This document shows, in pieces, positions 27,970-36,992 of a stretch of 39,464 bases of DNA. How positions within the stretch are numbered: the first letter of the stretch is position 1; the number at the start of each line of letters is the position of its first letter. The DNA is taken from assembly GCA_031416075.1 (NCBI GenBank), contig JANOSY010000007.1, positions 1-39,464 of the forward strand. The letters are read 5' to 3'. The notes beneath the pieces were generated by a model. The model ran no database searches and was not told where the DNA came from. It was given only the letters and a program-made list of their open reading frames with translations. A program made the translations under genes and the position numbers. The stretch comes from Candidatus Tenderia sp. (lineage in GTDB: Bacteria; Pseudomonadota; Gammaproteobacteria; Tenderiales; Tenderiaceae).

Positions 27970-28926
27970 ATGAGTAAGGTCATGCAGTCCGTGGATGATC
28001 GCACCCGGTTGGCGGGCACCAACCGGCTGGAGATTCTGCTGTTTAGCCTGGGTAAAGATATTAAAACCGGTAATGAAGAGGTGTTTGGCATCAATGTGTT
28101 TAAGGTGCGTGAGGTATTAAACGTGCCTGCGATTACCCATGCGCCTGATGTGCCTGCCGGTATTGAAGGTATGGTGAGTCTGCGTGGCACGATGATCCCG
28201 GTGATCAATCTGGCCTATTTTTGCAATGTGATGACGGATGTTCCGCCCAGAATATTGATTGTCAGCGAATACAATAAAAATATGCTGGGATTTTTAGTCC
28301 ACTCTGTGGAACATATTTTACGCATGGACTGGAGCCAGATTAAGGTGCCGCCCACCATGATGGCAAACCGTATGGGTGGTTTGCTGACGGCGGTCTCGGA
28401 GCTGGAGGATGGTCGGATTGTGATGATTCTGGATGTGGAGAAGATCCTGGCGGAGACCACCCATTCAGAAGAGGAAGAGAAGATGCTGTTCCAGGGTGTT
28501 CGTGCCGTGGAACATGGCAAGACAGTGCTGTTTGCCGACGACTCATCGGTAGCACGTAAACAGATCGGCATGACCATGGAGAAGATGGGGCTGGAGTACA
28601 TCAGCGCCAATAACGGCAAAGATGCCTGGGATCAGTTATTAATGATCAAGGAGCGCGCCAGTGAACAGGGGATTCCTGTCTGCAATCTGTTGCACCTGAT
28701 TTTGACCGATGTTGAGATGCCAGAAATGGATGGTTATGTGCTGACAAAAAAGATCAAGAGCGACAGCGCCTTTGCGGGCATTCCGGTGGTGATGCACTCG
28801 TCGCTCTCGGCAGAGGCCAATGCCAATCTCGGTCGTGCGGTCGGGGCTGACTACTATGTGGCCAAATTCAATCCGGTCGAGCTGAATAAAATGGTCCGTA
28901 AGGCGCTGGGTGAGTTGGATGGCTGA
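27970..28926 (+). CDS. cheV: Chemotaxis protein CheV (CheW + receiver)
   Basis: FGINVFKVREV, LDVEKIL, ADDS, TDVEMPEMDGY, HSSLS, VAKF. Confidence 0.95.
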   Translation: MSKVMQSVDDRTRLAGTNRLEILLFSLGKDIKTGNEEVFGINVFKVREVLNVPAITHAPDVPAGIEGMVSLRGTMIPVINLAYFCNVMTDVPPRILIVSEYNKNMLGFLVHSVEHILRMDWSQIKVPPTMMANRMGGLLTAVSELEDGRIVMILDVEKILAETTHSEEEEKMLFQGVRAVEHGKTVLFADDSSVARKQIGMTMEKMGLEYISANNGKDAWDQLLMIKERASEQGIPVCNLLHLILTDVEMPEMDGYVLTKKIKSDSAFAGIPVVMHSSLSAEANANLGRAVGADYYVAKFNPVELNKMVRKALGELDG

Positions 28927-28965
28927 TTGCTCGATAAGTCTGCGATCACGCAGTTGACGGCTTAG

Positions 28966-29107
28966 GTAACCTCTGAATAACCGCGTTCGCCCTGAGCCTG
29001 TCGAAGGGCTGGTGACGTAACATATTGATTGTTAAACGTCCTCCATTGATGGTTAGACAAACTCACCACGAAGTGTGTTGGGCGCGGAGGAATTATTCAG
29101 AGGTGCC
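28966..29107 (-). mobile_element. MITE-like repeat, copy 2
   Basis: GTAACCTCTGAATAA ... TTATTCAGAGGTGCC, flanked by TTAG direct repeats (28962-65, 29108-11); interior is the reverse-complement homolog of copy 1. Confidence 0.82.
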
Positions 29108-29470
29108 TTAGAAATTAATCGCATCAAAACGGTTGTCACGCCCCGATACACTCACCGTCACACCATTAGGCAGACAGGCGGCCAGCTCGCCATCATGGCG
29201 CAGCCAGCCACTCTGGATGCAGAGCTTGTTTTGACAGGGGGCTTCGATAAAACGGACCTGCCCCTCCTTGAGTTCAATCAGATTTTTTCCTAATACCCCC
29301 TCGATAGTGATGCGCCGGTTGTCGTAGAGCGAATAGTGCTGGGGTGGCTGGTTGGCGATGCGAATGGTCACCTGCTCGCCATAACTGCCGTTGCCCCAGA
29401 GTGTTATATAGAGGTACGGCAGTAGCAGCAGCGCAAAAAGAGTCACCGCATAGTCGGCCCGTTTGAACAT
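29108..29470 (-). CDS. NusG domain II-containing protein
   Basis: N-terminal TM; G.N.IE..G.VRF..APC.NKLC...GW......ACLPN. Confidence 0.88.
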   Translation of the reverse strand: MFKRADYAVTLFALLLLPYLYITLWGNGSYGEQVTIRIANQPPQHYSLYDNRRITIEGVLGKNLIELKEGQVRFIEAPCQNKLCIQSGWLRHDGELAACLPNGVTVSVSGRDNRFDAINF

Positions 29471-30537
29471 CAGTCAACCAGATGGATGGTGGGGGCGGGT
29501 TTCTGTTCGAAGTGGATACGCTGCATCAGTGCCTGGGTGATGTGTACGGTCCCCTGTTCGTCGATCAACATCGCCTCTTTAATGCCCATGGCTTGGGCGA
29601 CTTGATACCAGTGGTCTGGCCCGGCGATAAACAGGGCGGTAGAGGCGGCATCCGCCGTCAAACCATCCGCCGCGATAACGGTGGTGGCAACGGCACCACG
29701 GGCGGGGTAACCACTGCGTGGATCGATAATGTGGTGGTAACGCTGGCCCTGATACTCAAAATAACGTTCATAGTCACCAGAGGTGATCACCGCCTCATCA
29801 CCGCTTGATTCAAGTGACGCGATCACCCCGGTCCCCCGTGGGTCACGGATGCCAATACGCCACGGCTGTTTGCCCTTGCTGCCGATCAGGCGCAGGTTGC
29901 CACCGGCGTTGACGATGGCGTTATTAATACCGTGTTGGCGCAGGGTTTTGATGGCGATATCCACCGCATAACCTTTGGCGTAGGCCCCCAGGTCCAGTGT
30001 AACGGCAGGGTTTTGGCTGCGTAGCCGGCCAGCCTCAAGGGTGAGTGCCGACATCTGTGGGTGTGCTGCTACCTGTGTGGCAATATCGGCGGCTGCCGGG
30101 GGCTGTTTGCCACTCCAGTCATCGCTGTGAAAACCCCACAGACCAATCAATCCACCCACCGCCGGGTTAAACAGGTTGCCACTCTGTTGTGAGAGTGTCA
30201 TGCCCCGGTTGATGAGAAAACGCCCTTCGTCATCCAGAGCAGCCTCTTCACCCGCCGCAAGTTTGCGGTTGATCTCCGTCAGTTTGCCAGGTTGCCAGGG
30301 GTGCCAGTTGTGGTGCAGCTGTTCCATCTGCCCCTGTACCTCTTTGATGGCCGTCTGGGCGGTTGCCTCATCGCTGCCATAGATGCTGATGTCGATGAGG
30401 GTGCCCAGGGCCAGCAGCTGCTGCTGGTAGAGGTTAGGTTTCTCTGTACAGCCGCCAAGGGTGAGCAGCAGCGCACCCAATAGCCCCCATACTGTCAGTC
30501 GCCTGGGGGCAGGGCGGGTGATCGTACTTTCTGTCAT
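29470..30537 (-). CDS. apbE: FAD:protein FMN transferase ApbE (lipoprotein)
   Basis: LGGC lipobox, LDLGAYAKGY, NAGGN, TSGDYERY, HHIIDPRSG, ADAAST. Confidence 0.95.
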   Translation of the reverse strand: MTESTITRPAPRRLTVWGLLGALLLTLGGCTEKPNLYQQQLLALGTLIDISIYGSDEATAQTAIKEVQGQMEQLHHNWHPWQPGKLTEINRKLAAGEEAALDDEGRFLINRGMTLSQQSGNLFNPAVGGLIGLWGFHSDDWSGKQPPAAADIATQVAAHPQMSALTLEAGRLRSQNPAVTLDLGAYAKGYAVDIAIKTLRQHGINNAIVNAGGNLRLIGSKGKQPWRIGIRDPRGTGVIASLESSGDEAVITSGDYERYFEYQGQRYHHIIDPRSGYPARGAVATTVIAADGLTADAASTALFIAGPDHWYQVAQAMGIKEAMLIDEQGTVHITQALMQRIHFEQKPAPTIHLVD

Positions 30538-30974
30538 GAATGGTCGATCTGTGTGTCATTGGGGAAGGGTTTTCCGTGCCCCGTTTCAATGGCATCTTTG
30601 AGACTGAGCAGGAATACCGCCCACTTGGTGCTGCAATGGGCCATAAAATCGCCAGCCTCCTGCCAGTGGCTGTGGCTAAAGCGGACAAATGTTTGTCCCC
30701 CTTCGGCCTGGAGTTGAAACAGAATCTCTGTGCCCACCCATCCTGCCGGTACAGCACCGGAGTGTCTCCAGCGCACCGTGCGGTTTGGCACAAGCTCGGT
30801 AACGGTAAAGTCCGGGCCGCCGCCGTTAAAACGGAATTGAATGGTTGAACCCACTCCCCCCGCGCCCGAGACATCGTCAGTCCACCAGCGGGTAAGCCCT
30901 TCATCGGTGGTTAATGCGGTATAGATGGTTTCGGGTGAAGCATTGATTCCTACCCGGTGGTGGATGGCGTTCAT
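30534..30974 (-). CDS. SRPBCC (AHSA1/START-like) domain protein
   Basis: IY.ALTT..GL..WW, V.WR, W.GT.I.F.L, W..FL.SLK..IETG. Confidence 0.88.
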   Translation of the reverse strand: MNAIHHRVGINASPETIYTALTTDEGLTRWWTDDVSGAGGVGSTIQFRFNGGGPDFTVTELVPNRTVRWRHSGAVPAGWVGTEILFQLQAEGGQTFVRFSHSHWQEAGDFMAHCSTKWAVFLLSLKDAIETGHGKPFPNDTQIDHS

Positions 30975-31015
30975 CGTGGTCTCCTCGTAGTTGAGCGGTT
31001 GGCGGTGCTGCTCAG

Positions 31016-31966
31016 TTAGTGGTTAAGCTTTGCGGCGATGCAGTCCATGAGTGTCGCACCAATGTTGAGGTTGAACTGTGCATCGAGCTCACGGATACAG
31101 GTGGGGCTGGTGACGTTGATCTCGGTCAGGTAATCACCGATCACATCAATGCCCACAAAGACCAGCCCCTTTTGTTTAAGTGTTGGCCCCACCTGTTGGC
31201 AGATCCAGTGGTCACGGGGGCTGAGCGGGACCCCTTCACCTCGGCCACCGGCAGCCAGATTGCCACGGGTCTCACCGGCGGCAGGGATGCGCGCCAGGGC
31301 GTAGGGGATAGGTATGCCGTCGATTAACAAGATGCGTTTGTCGCCAGCACTGATTTCGGGGATGTAGCGTTGCGCCATGATGAACTGCTTGCCGCTATTA
31401 GTCAGGGTCTCCAACACCACGCTGATATTGGGGTCCGTCAGGGTCAGGCGGAAGATCGAGGTACCGCCCATGCCTTCGAGGGGTTTAACGATGATATCGC
31501 CCTGCTCCTGCAGAAAGCGGCGCAGCTGTACCATGTCGCGGCTGACCAGGGTTGCGGGGGTGCACTGTGGAAACCAGGCGGTATAGAGCTTTTCGTTGGC
31601 GTCACGCAGGCTCTGGGGTCTGTTGATCATCAATACCCCGGCGGCCTCCGCTAGCTCCAGCAGGTAGGTGGTGTGGATGTACTGCATGTCAAAGGGGGGG
31701 TCTTTACGCATCAGCACCACATCAAGCTGCTCCATGGGGGTGAGCTCAGGCTCACTCAAAGAGTGCCAGTGGCGCATATCATTACGGACGGAGAGCGGCC
31801 GCATGTTGGCAAAGACCTTGCCGTCGCGCAGCAGCAGATCCTGTTGCTCCATATAGTAGAGCTGCCAGCCCCGCGCCTGGGCTGCCAGCAGCATGGCCAG
31901 GGTGCTATCTTTTTTGGGGTTGATGGTCTGGATGGGGTCCATCACCACCCCCAGTTTGATGCTCAT
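31016..31966 (-). CDS. gshB: Glutathione synthetase
   Basis: VMDP, MRKDPPFD, NEKL, GDKR, RGNLAAGG, EINVTSPT. Confidence 0.97.
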   Translation of the reverse strand: MSIKLGVVMDPIQTINPKKDSTLAMLLAAQARGWQLYYMEQQDLLLRDGKVFANMRPLSVRNDMRHWHSLSEPELTPMEQLDVVLMRKDPPFDMQYIHTTYLLELAEAAGVLMINRPQSLRDANEKLYTAWFPQCTPATLVSRDMVQLRRFLQEQGDIIVKPLEGMGGTSIFRLTLTDPNISVVLETLTNSGKQFIMAQRYIPEISAGDKRILLIDGIPIPYALARIPAAGETRGNLAAGGRGEGVPLSPRDHWICQQVGPTLKQKGLVFVGIDVIGDYLTEINVTSPTCIRELDAQFNLNIGATLMDCIAAKLNH

Positions 31967-33270
31967 GTTTTGGTCCGCAGGCCGTTCTGGGCCGCTATCT
32001 CACGGGCGGCAGCCACCAGTGCCAGACGGGCGATGACCCCGTAGGCATAAAAACGGTTGGGGCAGGCGTCGGGCTGCTGGCGCTGGTCCGGGGTATTACA
32101 CGGCTCCACAAAGGCGAGTGGTTCAAAGTGCATGCCCGGTGCGTTCAGGTTCTCATCCGGGCCACGTCCGGTATGGACGCGGTAAAATCCACCCACCACA
32201 AAGTGGTCGATCATGTAAATGACAGGTTCGGTGACCGCCTGCTCTTCACCGATGGTCTCAAAGGAGTAGACCCCCTCCTGCATAATCACCTGGCTCACCT
32301 CCTGCCCCCCCTTTGAGGCGGACATCTTGGTGCGCTGTTTGCGGTTCAGCTCCAGTAGCTCATTGGCAGAGCGAACCATCATAATGCCCATGCCATAGGT
32401 GCCCGCGTCGGCCTTTACCACCACAAAGGGCTGGTTTTTAATCCCATAGGCGTCATATTTCTGCTGGATATCCTGCAGCAGCAAACCTACCTCCTGGGCC
32501 AGCCGGGCGCTGCCCTCCTGCTTCATGAAGTTGATATCGCTACAGCGGCGGAACAGGGGGTTGATCAGCCAGGGGTCGATATCGAGCATGGCGGCAAACT
32601 CCTCAGTCACTCGTTGGTAGTGGCTGAAGTGGCCCGATTTGCGCCGCTGTACCCACCCCAGCTCCGGGGGTGGAATAATGTCCTGCTCCAGCCCTTTGAA
32701 CAGCTCTGGAATACCGTCGGAGAGATCGTTGTTGAGCAGGATCACACAGGGGTCAAACTCATCGGCATAGAGACGGTTGCGGTGGCGCTCCACCGGGATC
32801 AGATCCAGGGTCCGGCCCGAGGGCAGTTCGATCACCATTGTCTCTTTTAAATCGGGCAGCAGCGAGCCGATCTGCACCTCAAAACCGGCGGTCAGAATGA
32901 TATCGCGCAGGGTGGCCAGGCTCTCCAGATAGAAGAGGTTGCGGGTATGGTTCTCAGGGATCAGCAGAATATTGCAGGCCTGGGGCAGCGTACGTTCGAT
33001 AATCGACTGGATTGCCTGAACGCAGAGTGGGATAAAGGCGGGGTTAAGATTGTTAAAACCGGCGGGAAAGAGGTTGGTATCCACCGGCGCTAACTTAAAA
33101 CCGGCGTTCCGCAGATCGACCGATGCATAAAACGGGGCCGGGGTGGCCACCCACTGCTGACGGAACCACGCCTCGATATTGGCCTGATTCTCCAGTAGCT
33201 GCCCCTCAATCTGTAACAGAGGTCCGGTGCGGGTCGTGGTCAGGTTAGGAACGCTATCAACGATATTCAT
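31963..33270 (-). CDS. gshA: Glutamate-cysteine ligase (Acidithiobacillus/Betaproteobacteria-type GshA)
   Basis: SVDLRNAGFKLAPVDTNLFPAGFNNL, PENHTRN, KADAGTYGMG, NLNAPGMHF. Confidence 0.95.
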   Translation of the reverse strand: MNIVDSVPNLTTTRTGPLLQIEGQLLENQANIEAWFRQQWVATPAPFYASVDLRNAGFKLAPVDTNLFPAGFNNLNPAFIPLCVQAIQSIIERTLPQACNILLIPENHTRNLFYLESLATLRDIILTAGFEVQIGSLLPDLKETMVIELPSGRTLDLIPVERHRNRLYADEFDPCVILLNNDLSDGIPELFKGLEQDIIPPPELGWVQRRKSGHFSHYQRVTEEFAAMLDIDPWLINPLFRRCSDINFMKQEGSARLAQEVGLLLQDIQQKYDAYGIKNQPFVVVKADAGTYGMGIMMVRSANELLELNRKQRTKMSASKGGQEVSQVIMQEGVYSFETIGEEQAVTEPVIYMIDHFVVGGFYRVHTGRGPDENLNAPGMHFEPLAFVEPCNTPDQRQQPDACPNRFYAYGVIARLALVAAAREIAAQNGLRTKT

Positions 33271-33588
33271 CAGTGCTCTGTGTCCTCAGTCGCAAGTGGG
33301 GCCATATTACCGTAAATCGATACAGCTGGAAGGGTAGGTGGTGACGGGCAGGGGCAGTTTAAAGGGGGCAGGGCGGGTAATATGGGCACGGGTGAGTGAG
33401 GTAACAGATTGATTATTAACCATCCTCTACCCATGGTTTGGCAATCCCGCCGTACATATAGGCGTTACCCAATCCCCCGAATGGCTTGATTCCAGGACGT
33501 TGACGCTTTATTGTCGCACCCCTTTGGCATCAGACGGGTGGCCAGAGGCCGCCGTACCCTATCCAGCACTATATAAAGGCAGGTTGAT

Positions 33589-34914
33589 ATCCAGACTCTT
33601 GCAGATCTTCAGGCCGGTCGACTGGCGGGCGCACAGCGGGTAAACATTGCCGAAGGGTTAACCGTGTTTCCACAACAGCTGTTGGCGTTGGCGGAGACGC
33701 TGGAGTATCTCGACCTGTCGGACAACTGTTTAAGCGAGCTGCCAGACAATTTTGCACAGCTTAAAAAGCTGCGGATTCTGTTTTTATCCAACAACCACTT
33801 CCACCGTTTTCCCACCGTGCTCGCACAATGCCCGGAGTTGACCATGGTGGGTTTTAAGGCCAACCAGATTGCTGAGCTGCCCGACGGCGCGCTGCCCGCC
33901 AAGATTCGCTGGCTGATTTTGACCGATAACCGGCTTGAAGCGCTGCCCCGTTCAATTGGCAACCATCGCCATTTGCAAAAAGTGATGTTGGCGGGCAACC
34001 AGCTGACAGCGCTGCCCGATGAGATGGCACACTGCGTCAACATCGAACTGCTACGGATCTCCGCCAACCGGCTGGTCACCTTGCCAGCGTGGCTGGTTAA
34101 ACTGCCCAAACTATCCTGGTTGGCGTTTGCTGGTAACCCCTGTAGCCAGCACCCTGAGGCCACGTCAGATTTACCCGAGGTCCATTGGCAAACGCTGCAA
34201 CTGGGACAGCCGCTGGGGCAGGGGGCATCGGGGGTGATCAGCCAGGCGCGCTGGAACGGCAGCAGTGATGTGGCGGTTAAACTGTTCAAAGGCAGCATCA
34301 CCAGCGACGGTCTGCCCGAGCATGAGATGGCAGCAGCCCTGGCCGCCGGGCAACATACCCATCTGGTGACACTGCTGGGTAAGCTAGTAGGCCATCCGGA
34401 ACAGAAGTGCGGGTTGCTGCTAGCGCTGCTGGATCAGGCATTTAAAAATCTGGCGGCCCCACCCAGTCTGGAAAGTTGTACCCGTGATACCTACGCAGCA
34501 GAGGCAACCTTCAGCCTCGTTGCACTGCTCAACATCACCCGCAGTATTGCCGCAGTGGCCAACCATCTACACGGGCGCGGCATCATGCACGGCGATCTGT
34601 ATGGCCATAACATCCTGGTCAATCAGGCTACTGATACTCTGTTGGGGGATTTTGGCGCAGCCACTATATATAAAGGTATGGCCGACGTAGCCGCCTGTTC
34701 GGAGGCGCTGGAGCGGTTGGAGGTCCGGGCGTTTGGCTGTCTGCTGGAAGAGCTGTTGGCGCGGCTGGATCGGGACGACCGGGCCTGTCATCCCACACCC
34801 ATCCAGCAGCTCAGCCACCTGCAACAGCGCTGTGTGGATACGGTGGTAGAACAGCGCCCCGACTTTGCCAACATTGTGGCGCAGCTGGAGCGGGTGAGTG
34901 TGATAGATCGTTGA
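33589..34914 (+). CDS. Leucine-rich repeat-containing Ser/Thr protein kinase
   Basis: LRRs (LDLSDN.L..LP, LILTDN.L, MLAGN.L), GQGASG, VAVK, HGDLYGHN, DFG; frame open upstream of GTG 33664 to 33577. Confidence 0.9.
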   Translation: MQTLADLQAGRLAGAQRVNIAEGLTVFPQQLLALAETLEYLDLSDNCLSELPDNFAQLKKLRILFLSNNHFHRFPTVLAQCPELTMVGFKANQIAELPDGALPAKIRWLILTDNRLEALPRSIGNHRHLQKVMLAGNQLTALPDEMAHCVNIELLRISANRLVTLPAWLVKLPKLSWLAFAGNPCSQHPEATSDLPEVHWQTLQLGQPLGQGASGVISQARWNGSSDVAVKLFKGSITSDGLPEHEMAAALAAGQHTHLVTLLGKLVGHPEQKCGLLLALLDQAFKNLAAPPSLESCTRDTYAAEATFSLVALLNITRSIAAVANHLHGRGIMHGDLYGHNILVNQATDTLLGDFGAATIYKGMADVAACSEALERLEVRAFGCLLEELLARLDRDDRACHPTPIQQLSHLQQRCVDTVVEQRPDFANIVAQLERVSVIDR

Positions 34915-34953
34915 TTATTAAAAACTTGGTGCGAGGACTCACCAAATACAAAA

Positions 34954-36222
34954 TCAGCGCTTACGTTTTTTAGCGCTATAGCCCTGACCATCCTTGGTTG
35001 TCACAATCTGGGTTTTGCCAGCCCGGTTGGCCCGTTGTGGGCGGCTACGTTGTGCCAGATTTTTGATAATCGTTTCACGGCTCCCCACCTCATAACCGGC
35101 CATCTTGATACGTTTAATACGGCTACCAATCAGCCGCTCAATCGCTGCCAGCGCACGCTCCTCCTCACGGCTCACTAGTGAGATTGCCTGACCGGTGGCA
35201 CCGGCGCGGCCAGTGCGGCCCACCCGGTGGACATAATCTTCCGCCAGATAGGGGAGGTTGTAGTTCACCACATGCTCCAGCCCCTGAATATCCAGGCCAC
35301 GGGCCGCCACCTCCGTTGCAATCAGCACCTGCACCTTGTCATCTTTAAAATCAGCAATGGCGCGGCGGCGTGACCCCTGGCTCTTATCACCGTGGCAGAG
35401 CGCCGCCTTGATATCCGCATGTTTCAGCTTCAACATCAGCTGGTCCGCCTGATCCTTGGTGCTGGTAAAAACCAGCACCTTAAACCAGTTTTGAGCGTTA
35501 ATCAGCTCCACAAACAGCTCACCTTTGCGGCGCTCCTCCACCGGGTAGACCACATGCTCCACCGTCTCGGCAATGGCGTTCTGTTTGGCCACGCTCACCA
35601 CCTCATGGCGGTTCAAAATCTTGTTGGCCAGCACCTTAACGGGCTGCGAAATCGTGGCGGAGAAGAGCAGCGTCTGGCGCTGTTTGCTGGTTTTTTGCAG
35701 CAGTGACTGCACATCGGCAATAAACCCCATATCCAGCATCCGGTCCGCCTCATCCAGCACCACAAACTCCACCTGAGAGAGGTTGATGCTGCCCTGTACC
35801 AGATGCTCAAGCAGACGGCCCGGGGTCGAAACGATAATATCCACCCCGGCCTTAAGTTTATTCTCCTGACCACTCATCTTCACGCCGCCATAGAGCGCCA
35901 CGACAGAGAGCGGCAAAAACTGGGCGTAACGGGCAATCGTCTCCGCTACCTGCTCGGCCAGCTCACGGGTCGGGGTCAAAACCAGCACACGGGCGTTGCC
36001 CGGCAGTGTCTCCTTGGGGCGGGCGCACATCTGTTGCAGGATGGGGATGGCAAACGCGGCGGTTTTACCGGTGCCGGTCTGGGCGCTGGCAAGCAGATCT
36101 TTTCCACGCCGCGCCGGGATAATCGCCTGCTCCTGTATCGGAGTCATCTGCTGATAACCACAGGCATCAAGGGCTTTTTGAATCTCAGGGGCTAAATCTA
36201 GGGAGGAAAAAATCATCATCAA
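34954..36222 (-). CDS. DEAD-box ATP-dependent RNA helicase (RhlE-like)
   Basis: AQTGTGKT, PTRELA, TPGR, DEAD, SAT, HRVGRTGRAG. Confidence 0.95.
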   Translation of the reverse strand: MMMIFSSLDLAPEIQKALDACGYQQMTPIQEQAIIPARRGKDLLASAQTGTGKTAAFAIPILQQMCARPKETLPGNARVLVLTPTRELAEQVAETIARYAQFLPLSVVALYGGVKMSGQENKLKAGVDIIVSTPGRLLEHLVQGSINLSQVEFVVLDEADRMLDMGFIADVQSLLQKTSKQRQTLLFSATISQPVKVLANKILNRHEVVSVAKQNAIAETVEHVVYPVEERRKGELFVELINAQNWFKVLVFTSTKDQADQLMLKLKHADIKAALCHGDKSQGSRRRAIADFKDDKVQVLIATEVAARGLDIQGLEHVVNYNLPYLAEDYVHRVGRTGRAGATGQAISLVSREEERALAAIERLIGSRIKRIKMAGYEVGSRETIIKNLAQRSRPQRANRAGKTQIVTTKDGQGYSAKKRKR

Positions 36223-36992
36223 TACTCAGTGGCGCTGGCAACAGTCGGAAATAGAGGCTGAATTGTACAGCCTTTCCGCCCGGCGAGTCGGTAAACCGGT
36301 GCCCGTCAGGGTGGGGGGCAACGCCAGGGCAACCAAAAAACGCTTTGCCAGATTTTTCAACGTCATCGCGACAGTGTAGCCTGCACCAGGGTGTTGGTAT
36401 GTGGATTAAGTGTTATTGTCCCGGTTGTGATGCGGAGGGTATTCTTGATCTGGTAATTTCGGATCAACGCAGATTGATCGTTTATGCCAATGGCCTGATG
36501 TATGAGTCTTACCTGTAATGATCAATGGTCGTGAGTACGTTGTTTGAAGCTGATATTTCTTTGATTAGGATGGTGGGATTGAATAAAAGGTAGTGACGTC
36601 TAGAGACTCAGGAGAGTTGTTTTTGCCTCTATGTCGACCATCTAACCCCTCCAATAACGATAACAGATACGATCAGCACAACCTTTGGCACTAGCACCTC
36701 CTTTAACCACAACCTGAGATTCTTCGGCCAATCTCTTTATCAAAGTGATAGGGCGGCATTACCGTATTATGTACAGCACAGTCATATTAAGCAGGATAGT
36801 GTCCTAGGGGCTGCTGATTGACCGGGTAGATACATTTTCCTGATAGGCGTCAATCGGTGGGGCATGGGGTTTTCTGAGAGGCCTATTCTTCCAGAAGAAG
36901 TGGCCGATAGCTCTAAAATTACCTATAAGTAAATTATCATGACGCTTGCCAAATAGTACTGGAAAGCATTTAACCGACTCAGGAGTGATTGT

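Noticed and set aside
36637-36646. ACCATCTAAC identical to 441-450
   Set aside because: A single 10-mer match can arise by chance, and no cassette context is visible
36759-36778. LexA-like box TACCGTATTATGTACAGCA
   Set aside because: Left half-site mismatch and spacer one base short
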